From the NCBI GenBank assembly GCA_030704615.1, contig CM060732.1:81096001-81160000 (forward strand): DNA of 64,000 nucleotides, read 5' to 3'. Position 1 is the stretch's first letter. The number at the start of each line of letters is the position of its first letter. Positions 11,536 to 25,410 of the stretch are shown here, piece after piece. The notes beneath the pieces are model-generated. The model was not told where the DNA came from, did no database searches, and was given only the letters and a program-made list of their open reading frames with translations. The position numbers and the translations under genes were made by a program. Origin of the DNA: Takakia lepidozioides. Taxonomy: Eukaryota; Plantae; Bryophyta.

Positions 11536-13850
11536 GCTTAAGTACATGACAGACGTATTATATCTAGATACTGTTGAATATCATGATCACAATACTAGTT
11601 GGTATGAGATATCAATACTAGCATCTGCATGCACCATTTTTAATTAAAAATTTATCAATTATCAAGTATGTAGTGAAAGAAAAAACTTTGTAAAATCTAG
11701 TATATATATAATATATGTATAATATATATAGTTGTATAAAATACTTATACAATACAGATATAGCAAGCGAAATATTTATATATAGAGCAAATGAGGAAGA
11801 TGACGAGGGAGTAATATAATATATAATATATAATATGTGACGCCTCTCGAAGGAAGCGTAAATTATGGTGTCCCTTCATCCCTTTTGGATTGTATATGAG
11901 TATGGTACTGGTATCGTTTTTTTTTTTTTTTTTTTTTGATACTAGGGGTATATGAGCACTGGTATGGTATTTCATCCACATTAATACCTCGCGTGATATC
12001 AAAAACTGAGACTCGATCAGTAAGCTCGCTGATCTCTTGTGAGGGTAAACCATTAAAACATTGATACCTACAGTCATCAAGCTATCAAAAGAATCAGTAC
12101 ACAACAAGGCGTTTTGGAGTTATCTCTAGTTTCAGAGTAAGTGCAGGTGGGCTGTGACACAATCATAATATGTTGTAATTGCCTGGAAGGCAGTAGCCCT
12201 TGTGGTGAAGAGACACCATAATTTACGAGCCCTTCGGGAGACGTCTATATTTAATTTAATTTAATTTATTGTAATCGCTCTAAGAAGAATGATCCAGGTT
12301 AGAAGAAGCGGACGCCATAAGAAGAAAATCACCTGCCGAGATTGCATACACATAGCACGTACCCATTGAAGGAGCCGCACCCTACTCCAGTTAGGCGCAA
12401 GAACCTAACGCCATCGCCATATTCATACTTAGCTCTGTCCACCATAAATTTGCCGCAATACTAGTATCGTGACCACACTGCATTTGCGCTTACCCAGACT
12501 GGTATGGTATGTGTGGGAGGAATCCTAAAGACATATTGATCCCCCAAGTACGTGTATCACATGGGTACACTGGTTCTTTCATACCCGAATGGTATGTTCT
12601 TCAATATATATATTCATACTTGTAACCAGGTATACCAGTCCAACACTGGTGGACACCTTTGCGACACCAATCGGTGGATTGAACCCATGCCACAACCACT
12701 TCCGAGGTGGTATGTGCCCATTACCACTAGGCTACAACTTGGGTCAGGGAGTATATAAAAGTCTATAACCTGGTATGGTATCTCACCGAGTATAGGATAT
12801 TTAGGATAACCCTCTCTCATCGACATCGGCTACTCTTGCTTAATGCCTCCTAAGCATAACTAATCTCTTCAATAAATACTTGGTCTCTCTTATCTCTTAG
12901 TAATTTCCCGAGTAATCTCTCCCTTCGACAAACCGTGTCCACCTCGTCTCCCTCTTTATCTCAATGTTATGCTTGGTTAACTAGTTTGCTAGGGTAAGGG
13001 GGGAGTTTCCCCACACTAAGCCTTCACGCCCTCTACGGTGGTTATTTCCACCAATGTGACTATTTTTTCTCAATTAATTTGATTAAAAGGGCCACTCTCC
13101 CCTTTCTTTAGAAAAAAGAAGATATTTACGTAATTGGACATGGGGTCGTATTATAGCTTCCACCCAATGTTTCACAGGGTTTGGTCCTTCACTTGTCAAG
13201 AGAGTTTGCCATATTGCACCACGTGGCAAGTCTTCTTTGGCTATCGTAGCTCTGATAGTGACATATGGGGCTACAAACCCCAGGAATACTCCCCCATTCC
13301 AATTACGTTCCATAATGGCCACCAGTTGACCCTGATCGTGGCCCCGCCGCTCGCCAGGTCCGCCCGGTGGCCATTATCTTTATTACAGTGCAAATACCAG
13401 TACATATACCAATCCTTTGCCTGTCTACCAGACCAGCACTGGTCGGTATCCAATCCCTTTATTTAAAAATAAAACTTACCCGGAATCTGCGGGTACTTGT
13501 GCTGATCAAATACCTGGAACGGGCATTAGTTACCGGCCGATATCTGCACATACCAGGATCCGATGGGTGTATTAAGAAGATAGATACACGAAAAATCGAT
13601 GGGTAGGTAGTCTCGAAAGGTGATACCATACAACACATAACCTAGTCACGAACAGAGTGTTGTGCTCACACAAAAGTTTTCATGGAGTATGCGAGAACGA
13701 TGGCACTTAGAGTTTGATGGGCTTCAATGCATCTTGCACGAGTTTTCATAGAGTGCTGACTGAGACCTCATGACAAAATCTGGCTATGGAGGTTGTTTGC
13801 AGGTTAATTTTGGAACATGGGGATTGATGAGCTGAAGTATAAGGGACAAT

Positions 13851-16800
13851 ATGAAAGCTGAGCACGCCGCTGATCCAAACCAAGAGGCAGAAGACATGGA
13901 GGTACCCAGTCAGGAGAGGACGGTGGTAGAAGGGGGGAAGTGCCGGTGTTGTGAGGAATTGGAAGCAAATCATAAGAAGGAGAAAGTCCTTTGGAAAAGT
14001 ACCATGTCCGTCCTTAAGGACAAAGTAGAGGAGCTGTATGTGCTAGAGCACGACGCCCAACGGCGAGAGAGCGAGGCTGTTGAACGTGAAGTGAAAGCCT
14101 TAAAACAGTTACATGATATCGAGAAGGAGCTTCGATTAGTGCGAATGGAAACGGAGCTTGAAGTACCTGTTCCATCCCTTCCCCCGCAGAGCTCTGCCAC
14201 TCCTACCGGTGCAGGACTGGGTCCTTTATGTCCGGTAAGTTTTTCAATGCTTTAGCAATAAATCATGCTTCAGTGCTATTCTTCATCGTTGATGCTACAT
14301 TAAATAGGGACCTGGAAGGTCAGAACAACCTGCTGCCTTAGAGGTAACAGCAAGCAATTCATTAGTCTTCCCTCCCCTCTGCCCCCTTTTCTGGTTCTCT
14401 TAAAAATTGTGCAGCGTCAATGTCCACAAGAGCCCACAAGGCCACTCAAGCATACCTTGCGTCTTGTCAGTGTTTGGAGAAGTCAGAATGCAGCAGGCAG
14501 GCAACAGATGGGGTCTTGTGATCTTTGTAGCTATTCCACCTTGTGCTCGTTGTTTTGACTTCCTGCCATCATCCCATGCCATTTTATTTCCAGGACAACC
14601 ACAGCCACAGGTTTCACAGGTCAGGGCTGAGTAATGGGCCTACTGCAATGCCAATGGCTGGAATCAACATCACGCCTTCTAGTATGCGTGATTAAAGCAA
14701 CAAATATTCACTAGTAGCTGGGTTTTGACCATGGCTGATTTGGGCCAAGTCGTAATCCACATTACTTCAGGTAGCAAGGCATGCCGTAGCCAATCAAATC
14801 ATTAGACTTAAATTGCTGTCAGGGTTTTGGTCCAGCATCTTCAACCTGACCCTGAGTTGTAGCCAAATTCATCAAACCTGGAGGCATCCACCAAGACCTT
14901 CGTACTGAATCAGGCTACTTTGGTAGCTCATTCATAACTCAGATGTTAAAACCGGTCTGGGCCACCTTTGTGTTGAGCACTAGTCCAGCTGAATATGACA
15001 TTTTCTCCATGAAGGTTCTGCATCAAGACAACTCTCAGAAGGCAATTTCAGCACCCATTGGTGTGGTTAGGGTTAGTTGGTGTGCTCTTACCAATTATAT
15101 GATGGATCTTTCGAGGTAAGGGGTACTCAGACATCCTTTTGGCAACTCCCATGGATATACCTTTGTACGGGTTCAGGTGAAGGTCTGTCCCACAATATAT
15201 TCTTTAGGGGCAGAGTCGTCCTTGGAGGATCCCAGCTTTTGGTGTGGTTGTGGATAAGCTCGGGAGCTGTCTGCCAAAAATGACAATATTGAGATGCTCC
15301 CAATGTGTTTAGCCTGATTTAATAGAGTGTAGTGCAGCATCTGAGTGCAGCACTCATCAACCAGTTGTTTGTAATGTCCTAGGACTCTTCTACACGACAT
15401 GTCATGGAAGGACTACTAGGGCATGTACAGATACTTCATGGGTCAAGTTGTGCAACTGAATATAGATGTCTCGAATTCCCAACGATGAATGTTCTAAATT
15501 GATTCTTGAATGTTCTTGATTTACAGGTGAAGGACATGGATGGGGAAACAAAGACAATTTTCAGTCTGAAGGGGAAAAACGCAGCAGTAGAGCATTCAGG
15601 TATTCAGGCAACGGAAACAACACTCCCTGTGCCTCTGGCTCCTCAGACGCCAGGCAGGCTCAGATCCCAACTTTCTCTTTCTAAGGCAGGAGGTAGTTCT
15701 TCTAAGGGCACGAAGTCACTGGTCCCTCAGGATCTTGGGGAGACTGCGATGGAGACTTTAATTTCGTTAGTACCAGCCTCTGTACCAAATGATGGTCAAG
15801 CAGAGAGGGACTCTATCTCTTTCCAGACTGGCTCCAGAGATGCCCAGAGAGACTGTCTGGAAAGGAATGTTGGATCTGTGGACATTAAGGATATTAAACC
15901 CATCAATAAGTGCTGCCTTCAAGGATGGAATGGGACTCAGCGAGTGGAAAATATCCCACTCTTGTGCAGTAACAACTGCAAAACAGTTCTATCCTTGCAT
16001 AATGATTCCGGGGATGATAAGAGACAGTGTCCAGAAAGTCATGTCAAGCTCTTGGATGGTGAACCCATTGACCAGCGCTCTCCACAAGGAAGGACTGAGG
16101 TTCAGTGTGCAGGAAACATCTCTCTTCCTTGTCATGGTATCATTGAAGCAGGTCAACTGCTGCATAATCGGTCCAAAGACTTCAAGGGAGACTGCACAGT
16201 CAGAGACATTGTGTTCTTGGATGGTGAACCCATAAACCAGCGCTTCCCTCAAAGACTGGATGAGACATACTGTGTGGTAAGTACACCACATTCCTGTAGG
16301 GAAGTGGGGAAGCCTGGTCAATGTGGTCGGCCACAGGACAACAGGAAGGTAGAGGACACACCGATTGGATGGGAAAAGGCAGGGGGTCCTTCCTTTAACA
16401 GAACACTGACATGGGGCCAGGATGGAGTTACTTTTGACCTATGGAAAGGAGGCTCCCAACTTGGCCAGCAGGAGGCGGTCACAAACCATGCAGATGAAAT
16501 CATTCACGAGTTGTCAGACGATAGTGAGAGAAGTGTGGGAGGTTCAAGGCTGTATACAAGCAATAAAAGGCAATGGCTTACTCTGTCCAGTGACTCTGAG
16601 AGCGAGCCAGAGGTATGCACAAGCTCCCCTGGGAAATGGAAATCTTCACATTTCGCTAAGAGAAGAAGTGTGACTAGCCCAAACTCTCATGAGCTGAAAA
16701 AGTCTATGGTTGAGGAGATAGGGGGAAAGACCACTTCCTGCACGTTGAAGCCCTGCAATGGCCCTGAAACATCAGTGGCGATGCCTCCTGAGGCTTGTGG

Positions 16801-19202
16801 TGGCCCTGCAGCAGAGGTTGCAATCTCGAAAATACCAGCCTCGTCAGTTCCAATTGACACGGAGTTACTCTCTTTGCATACTGGCTCTCGAGACTCCCAG
16901 AGAGAGTCTCCGGAAAGAGATCTTCCGGTCTTAATTGTTTTACCCTCAGACCTGCACTCCCCACAAGGACAAGATGAGACTCAGTGTAGGGAAAATATCC
17001 TGCTTTCACGCAGTGAAACTGGCAATGGCAGTCACATTTTGCACAAGGGCTCTTCAGACATTCAAAGTGACTGTCTGAGGAGAGATGTTGGGTTCTTGGA
17101 TGTGGGACTGCAAGACCAGTGCTCCCCACGAGGACAGGCTGACACTCAGTTGGTGGAGAACAACCTGCTTTCTCATACTGACACTGGGCAAACAGGTAGC
17201 CTTAATGAGGTGCAGGGTATTATTGCAAAGTTGGAGGATCCACCAGTTAGGTTGGAGAAGGTAGACATTCCTTTGTCTGTGGATGCCGAATTGCTCGACC
17301 ACCGCTCCCAGCAAGTACGGTCTGACACTCCGTTGTTTGGGGACACCTCACCTTTTCATAGGGAAACTGGGACAGCAGGTCAATTCAGTGAGACACAGGA
17401 TGTAACTGGGAAGGTGGAGGATCCACCAATCAGGCTGGAAAAGGTAGATATCCTTTTGCCCTGTAGAGCAGTTACAGGGGATCATGATGATGATAGAGTA
17501 TCGACTGGCCTGCAACAAGAGGTTGCCAAACTTGGCCAGCAGGACTCACTAACTCCGCCTACAGGTGACATTGTCTGTCAATTATCAGATGATAGTGGCA
17601 CAACTCTTGGAAGAAGAAGGTACGCCAGGAGAAAAAAGCCACGGCTCACTCTGCCCAGTGACTCTGAGAGTGATCCGGGACTAGGCACGATCCCCCAGGG
17701 GGAAGGTTATGCCTCACATTGTGTTAAGAGGAGACTGTTCAATGGTGCCAGCAGTAGCAGTGCATGTCTGGGAGAACCTGGTAGCAACTCAGAATGGAAG
17801 ATAGCAAACCCAGGAAGCTACCAGAGAACAGCTCGTGCAGGTAACAAAGCCGAGGAAGATGTCATCGCTATAGAAGCTAGGCAAACCAACATGCCACAAC
17901 GCCTTAAAAGACTCAAGAGAGCGAGGAAAGTTTGTGACAGTCCATTGCAAAATGAAGGAAAGAAACAACTGGGAGCAGAGGGTAGAGAGTGCGGAAGTAG
18001 GAGGTTGCAGCATGGACTCTTGAGCAGAAGGGAAGAGTCGGGAGTCCAGGGTACAGTAGACTCAGATGATTATAAGAGTGAGGGAGAGAGTCTGGGTGGG
18101 TTTATTGTTAATACCAGTGGTGGATCCACCGACGGATCCGATACTGCAAGCGATGGTGGTACCGCTCCGGGTGCCCAGAGAGAAATTTTTTCTGAAGCCA
18201 ACAAAACAATGTCTGACAATGTTCCGATTTCTCATCTCCAAAAGCGTGGTAGCACACAAAAACCTTCAAACCCTGTGCACCTTGAGGAGGGAGGATTGAA
18301 GGCAATGCGAGGTCAAGGAGGAGAGCCTCAAAATGTCAATGGAGACGATGAAGACTCAGAGGAAAGTAGAAAATTTGTCAATCTCTTGAACCCTAGTGAT
18401 GGAGACACGGATGAGGATGACATGGGTGACTCCTTGTCAGACTTCATAGTTGAGGGCTCAGAGGAGAGTCAAGTAGACCGGGATGAAGGCCCCTCCGAAA
18501 GTGGTAGTGAGTCAGAAAGCAACAGTGGGCCTCCAAAAGAGTCAATCTTCCGAAGCCATGTGGCCACAAAGCGGAAGGAGCTAAAATGGGAATTTGAGGC
18601 TGATATGCTGGCAGCAATGGCACAAGATTCAGAGCTAGCTTTGCGAGGTCTGTGCGCTCTTTATCGCCAGCAAACGGAGGATGAGCGGCAGACGAAAAAC
18701 TCTGTTCACAACAATAGACGTGGGTTTGACAAGTATCACGCCTCCAAGTATGCTGACTCCCATACACCAATTACTCACCTTCTGCTGATTTTGTGCAACA
18801 TCACTTTAGTCCTCTGTATTCAAATACCTCTGGAGATAACCTGGAAAACCAATTCAACTTCAGTAGAAAGGAACTTCACACAACTGGAGCAAGCCTTGAT
18901 GCGCAGTAAGACAGTTTGCTGCGAATCCTTAATTAATTAGGTTAACCACATTCAGTGGTCGACATTATTATAAAACTGGGCAAGTGGTGATACTTTCTTT
19001 TCCCCTTGTGTGCAGGGCCTCTTGGATTGCAGAGTTTTTGACGGAAGGCAATTCATTAGGTCCCGTGAAGAAGTCGGTTCAGGAATTGCAGGCTCGATAT
19101 CCAAGAGGGGCAAAGTTCTGTGAGAAGATTACTGCACATCATTCGAAGCAGCTCTTTGAAATATACCAGAATGGAGAAGATCCCCACTTTCCTGCTCGTT
19201 AA
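13851..19202 (+). CDS. Uncharacterised plant protein, At5g53220-like (N-terminal coiled coil, disordered repeat region, conserved C-terminal domain); 3 exons
   Basis: Exons 13851-14234, 15527-18747 and 19016-19202 join in frame through GT-AG introns. The C-terminus WEFEADMLA...LCALYRQQTEDE...IAEFLTEG...SKQLFEIYQNGEDPHF was recognised from memory of the family. Confidence 0.8.
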
Positions 19203-21555
19203 GTTTCAAAAATTGGATGGGAAGGCTAAGCTCAATAGGTTTATGGGGCAGGGTACAGCATACCTCGAATCAAAACTAGTTTTGCCAAGAAATTTTCCTG
19301 ACAAGTTGCCCAAGGCTAGCAAATCTTGTTAGCCAAAAGCAATACACTTCTAACAGGTACTTTGCAATATTCTCTACTTCACCTTCAAGTGCCAGTGCCA
19401 ACAAGGCTCAATTTTGGAACAAGTGCAGGATTTTCAGTGGCCATGTGCACTGGCCACAGTGTAAATGTCAAGGTGTGCATTATATCATGAGATAGACCAA
19501 AATGTATGGAATCTGGTAGTGCATACCAATGGATGTCGAGGGGATGGCGAGGTAGAGGATCTCTTGTTCAAAGTATTGTTGCACAACACGAGGTTGTACA
19601 TGGAGCGGGGCAAATCTGTACTGCTAGCCTTTATATCTCATCTCCCACAATGATCCTGGCATCAACTGTTGGTTCATGAATGGAGCCATTCTTTCAAAGA
19701 CCAGTGACCATTAATCTGCACATATGGTCCAAGCTCTGCACAATTCGGAAAACTATGCATAATGTACACGAAAAGCAGCTAGGTAGACTGCCAGTGAAGC
19801 CAGCATCATCAGTTAATTATAAGAAAACAGGTAATAGTATGTTTGTTGGCACCTACAGGTAGATGTGAGGTATTGTTAAGCTAATTTCAAGCAGAGAAAC
19901 AAGACGAGAAGGGTTTATAGCGAGGAAAGAAGATCTCGTTCCTTGTGGTTGTTCTCGTATTCTGCAGGCTGTTATTCTTGGAGGCTGGCTCGTCGATGGT
20001 GGAGTGCGTATAGCATCTCCTAGATTTCAGACCCCTGTTGCCAAGGTTCTCAGCTACCTGTGCACGGACAGTGAACCGGCAGTGAACCCGTTGTCGTTTG
20101 TAGCTGCCCCTGTGGCTGGTCCTTGGGGGTTCGGCCAATTGTTATTTGCCTGAAGAGGCTATTTTTTCCTCGTCTTCTTTTTTAATATGATTTTCAGGGC
20201 CTCCCCTCCCTTTTCCAATAAAGAAGAAGAACATTAAGATTCATAGTTCTGAACAAGCGTCACTTCATTCTCCTTTCATTGCAAAAGGTTGAGTATTGAT
20301 GGCTTGCATAGATGCGACTTAAGACCTTTCCCCGCTCCATCAGCCCGGGCTGTCTTTTCGTACATAGCCATTATTCTCGTGGTTGCATCTTCCTGCACGG
20401 AACTCCAAATCAATCACTTCATGCAGTCATTGCTCAAGTCAAGTCCCATTCTAATGTACTGAGGATCAACTTTCCCAGAGATGGAATTATTAATGTGATT
20501 GAAGTACTTTGCACGTCAAAACATTTCAATCACCGGCCCCCTATACGAAATTGTGCAACTTGAAAGTGGAGACCTGTGAAAGTGGAGTGTCTACGTCGTT
20601 GAGTGTCTTCTATCAATCCTTGCTGTCGTTCATTTGCAATTTGGCGTTGTCGATTCCATGTTCTCTTGAGCTTCATATCGTCGTTTCTCTTGCTTGCTGG
20701 CAAGCGCTCTCTGACTGCTGCACGGCTTGACGACAAAGCTGTTGTGCTTGAACAGTTAAAATTCTTGACGTCTATCTAATATCATAATAAGGCAAAGTTC
20801 ACCAGCAGTCCGAAGTACCGAAGTACGATAGTCAATGAAATATTATATTGAGCACAAGTCAGAACTAGAATAGCAAGATCAAGGTTTACTTGCGGCTTCC
20901 ACTCTTGTGTTCATTGTTTACTCTAGTCGGTTCACCAGGGCAACTTCAAGAGATTTCTTTCCCTGAGATTTTTCATGGTTTTCACTGAGAAACTTGCTAC
21001 AGTATATCTTGAGGACTCCGTGCTTCCCCTTCTACGGGCTAAGATTAATGTAGATTCCGCAAGTGTAAGCATTATCTCTTCCGAATCCCAATTATAGACT
21101 GTCATGTGCACAATTTGATCGCAGTACTAGGGTTTGACCTTCGGCAGTAAGTGAAGCCTAGAAGTACGACGCGATTTTCCAAAAAACAAAATTCTTACAT
21201 CAACAGTCGCTGCCAGATTCAACACCTCCGTAAGCACAAACTGCACCGATCCTTTGATCATCCTAAAATCCATTCGAGAGAATTGCTTCAGACTTCTAGC
21301 TTTGCTTTACTTGATCACGATGAGCAGCGAAGGGAACGAGAGAGAGAAGAGAACGGCCCCATGCACAATTTTTTTGTTTTTGTTTGGCATGTCTACATTT
21401 AGAATCATACGATGGATATTTAGGTAAGTACAAAGTAGAGAGAATGAATCTGGCTCTCTTTAGCGTTCAGATTCTGAGAGAACTGTAGTAGTTGAGTACA
21501 GCAGTGTAGTGGATAGCGTAAATGAGCATCGTGGCAGAAAATACCGAGTCGTCAG

Positions 21556-21655
21556 CAGTTCCACGTAGGCAGCGCGGCGCGTCGGGGCAGTGCCAGGTGA
21601 GCGGGTGCATGCAGCAGGGAGGAGGGTGGGCAGGCTGCAGCCGATATATGAAACG
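21556..21655 (+). promoter_or_regulatory. Cupin copy A proximal promoter: ACGT box, CE3-like GCGCGTC, CAGGTG, RY (CATGCA), TATA-like
   Basis: Motifs are read directly. The block is identical at 33218-33317 while the sequence further upstream is unrelated. Confidence 0.65.
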
Positions 21656-21787
21656 GCCCACCGTCGCTGCTCTCCATCACCTTCCCTGCCGTCTCCTCTC
21701 TTCGCCTGCTCGTGTGCTTCTCTCTCTTTTCCTCAGCTGCAGTTTGATCAAGATCCACTTCAGGAGTGCTGTTGTAATCTTGGAGAT

Positions 21788-24375
21788 ATGGGGAGTCCTG
21801 GTGTCCAATGGACGGTGGTGTCCTTGCTGGCGTTGTTGCTGGTGACTGTGTCTGCTCGTAATGAGGAGCTGAAGCCCGAGGGTCCGCGGGAGGTGATTTT
21901 TTGGCCTGCTTCTGATTGTGATAGTTTGTTTGTGGGAAATGTGTGGTTCGCATTGCAGTCTGTCAGCTGGGACACTGAACATCGTGTCCGGAGACCAGCC
22001 TTTCGCGGGCTGTCTGAATTGGAAATTTCGCCTCAACTACATAGCTACGTTGAGCATAAAGGATCCAGGTTTGTAAGGGAGCAAGATCTCTGAGAGATTT
22101 AGTGTTTGTACATGTTCACTGACGATCGTGAGTTTTGGTATATGTCAGGAATTCAAGTCGGAGGGTGGAGTGCTGGAGGTGTGGAGCCATGACTTCGAAG
22201 TGTTCAAGGATGCCAACGTGGGAGCTGCTCGTATAACTCTAAAGCAGAATGGGCTGGCTCTCCCCAAGTACGCAGATGCTGCCGCCGTCGCATATGTCCT
22301 GCAAGGTGATCTACTTACTTTTATGTATATCTGAATTAATCACCTTTACAAGTTGATGTACATACTAGTTCTTGGAGTGGAACATTTTCCGAACCTAGCT
22401 CCCCTTTGTCAGCAGTACCGTGCATCGATTTTCTTGATTATTAGCATTCCACTCGAACATTGCTAGCTCACCAGTGCTTAATTATTCCCCTAAATTCCGC
22501 TTAGTCGATGCTCCTTTTGACAGTCTATTGCAGATGCTAATATTCAGGAGTGTTTGGTCCCTCTGAAAGTGTGTCACCAATGTTGACCAGCGTGGAATCT
22601 ATACATGTGCAGGGTCAGCAAGGCTGGGCCTCGTTCTGCCGTGGGGCGAGCCACAGACCGTGCGAAGAGTGAAAAGAGGGGATGTGATCGCTATCCCTCG
22701 CGGCGTGCCAGCGTGGTGGTACAATGATGGAAACGAAGATTTCCGCGTTTTTGCCGTGGCTGACACCTCGGAAGGAATTGAACCAGGACAGTTCAATGTA
22801 AGTATATATTGAACGTTGAGCACTGAATGTTCTAGACCAACTCATCACATGTTCCTATTGTATAGTTCACAAAATGTGATGAAGTTCTAAGTAGAGGAGT
22901 CCAAATGGTGGGCACCAGTTGAGAATCTCCCAGTCGGAGGTTTCTTGCGATTTCTGCACACCCAGAAATGAGTGCAGTAGAACTCAGACCCTTTTGAGAG
23001 TTGAGAGTTTGAGAGTTGTGCAATATTTCCTTACTGATCTGTGGTGTTGCATCTTCCTCTCAGAGCTTCTTTCTGGCCGGAGCCAAGGAAAAGCGCGTTG
23101 GTGGCATTCTTCACGCGTTCAGCAGGGAGTTGCTGGCAGAGGCATGGGATGTCAAGGAAGACGTCGTAAAACGATTGTTGGAGGGGCAGAGGGGAAGCGC
23201 CATTATTAAAGTGAAAGAGCATTCCAGCATACCCGAGGTTAACACCGAGACTGACGCTGAGAACGGCTACTTTGGAGATTTCAGATACAATGTGGACGAA
23301 ACTGATCCCGACGTCCAAGTCCCCAATGGTGGTGAAGTGAGCATTGTGAACCGCTTCAAAATGCCAATTTTGAAGCACGTTCGTCTTGGTGCTGCACGTG
23401 TGCGACTGTCTCGGGTTAGACTGTCCTTCCTCTCTCTCTGTCTCTGTCTCTGTTTCTCTCGCAGAGGATCGGAGGACCTTCAAGACTTAATTGAATTCTA
23501 GAGTAAAACTGGTCGTCCCGAGGCGGTCTTGTTACATCTTAAATTCTGATCATCATTAGCATAACTCAATTCCAATGATGATATGTTTTGTTAGTAGTCA
23601 GGCGTTCTGAGACTCTTGCATCGACTGAAATCTGCATTTGATCACTAGAATATCTTGCCTGACACTGAAATTCGATCTTGTTTGTATGCAGGATGCGATC
23701 TTTGCACCGTCATATTCCCTCAATGCTCACAAGGTTATGTACATCACCAAAGGAAGCGGTCGTGTTCAGGTTGGGAGGAATGATGGGGAGCAGGCCTTTG
23801 ATGGCGATGTGAAGGAGGGTGACTTGCTAGTTATCCCAAAATTCTTCCCCAGCATTAAGAAAGCCAGCGGTGATGGGTTTGAGTGGATCTTGATACTGAC
23901 CAACGACACGTATGTGTTCGTCTCCTCTAATATTCCTTTCCAGATTGAATTGTTTCCGCTAGCCGAGAGCTTTAGTGTCGGCACAACTCGTGGAATCATG
24001 AAACTTTTTCGAATTTAACTTCACTTTCAAAGCTTGTTCAGATCAGCTGGATATTGTGACAGTTATATGTGTGGCACATCGTGATAGTTTCCACCGGACT
24101 TAGTTTGATTCTGATATGGTTATCTGCTGTGTAACAGTCCCATCAGCGCGTTTCTGGCGGGCCGAAACTCGATCTTCAAGGGCATTCCTGCACCCGTCTT
24201 GGCGGCAGCTTTCAACATTGATGAAGACCTGGAGCGCCAAATTCGTGAACGCCGCCGTGAGCAAGCCGTCATCCTGCCCCCAAAAGGAAAGGGCGTTGGA
24301 TCATCCTCCCACAATTTTGAGCAAATGTTTTTTGGATATCTGGAAGAAACTGGAAAGTTGCTGCAGAAGCATTAG
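21788..24375 (+). CDS. Secreted legumin/11S-globulin-like bicupin, copy A (6 exons)
   Basis: Exons 21788-21892, 22149-22305, 22613-22797, 23064-23414, 23692-23909 and 24138-24375. Signal peptide plus two cupin domains (LALPKYADA..VAYVLQG, GDVIAIPRGVPAWWYNDG; PSYSLNAHKVMYITKGSGRVQV, GDLLVIPKFF). Confidence 0.9.
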
Positions 24376-25410
24376 GAGGCTTGTTTGGTTTTGGGTTCTA
24401 ACTGGGTAGGTGAACCTGAAGTCTGACGGAAGTTCTGATCTATCTTCCCAACTTGGATCTTTATGTAGATAGGTGCAATCGGCTAACCTTATGTATATAA
24501 GCCTTTCAAGAGAGCAGTCTTAGAAGTACTTTAGTAGTAAGTGTTTTGAGAGTTGTGTTAACAATGATAAGCCTTGCTTTGTAAGGCGCGGAAAAGGATG
24601 TGCTCGCAACTGCGGCTCCTTGTGCGAAGGAAATAAAACTGCATTTTCTCTTTAAGTGATTGACATACTTCCCATGAATCTGCTGTTCTCTTCCATGTTG
24701 ATACTCTTATATTGGATTCCCATTCAGATTAGATTCCGTGTTTATCCATTTTATTCACGAATGTGAAATATCACGTACGCCTGTGACTCGGCACTCTTCT
24801 CTTCTTGAGTGGCATACTCCTCGTCAAGATACATGGAAGTAAATTCACCAACAGTACTCTTCAGTATTACCAGTGTCCCATTGAATTCTACAGACACGAC
24901 TTGGCAGGCATAAGAGATTTGAGTGAAAAAGAAAATATTGAGGAAGGTGCGAGAGAGGCAGGAGTTCAAAAGAAAGATGAGAGAAAGCGGATGAACGAAC
25001 CTGCTATAGGGATACAGACCACGGTTAAGATACTCGCCCGTTGGAATGGTGGATTGAAGGGTGTGGACCTTCGGATGTTGCTACAGGACCTGTCAGCAGC
25101 TTTTATCATAACTATGACTGTTACAGATCACAGAAAGAAGCTTCTCTGAACAGTGGATAGAGAAGCACCTGGAGCAACAAGCACTATCTTGCAAGGCTTT
25201 CCAGCTTTTGGTGCTGAAAGGGTTCCTTCATACATGTTCAAAAGAGGCCAATTCTCGAAATATACAGACAATCTGATAAAGAGGCTGGTACTGGCAGCTT
25301 AGCCTCCGCCCCAATTGAATGAACATCAAAGGCAGCAAAAATCGAAAAAGACCCTCTACTAAGTACTTAAAACTACTTCCTTAAAAATGTTGTCAATGCA
25401 TGTGCCTAGC

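Noticed and set aside
12330-12550. Weak SRA/YDG-like peptide on the minus strand (YCGKFMVD...FLRL)
   Set aside because: Too short, interrupted by stops, and core SRA motifs are absent.
24805-25300. Possible auxilin/J-domain-like fragment
   Set aside because: No HPD motif; similarity too weak to support.
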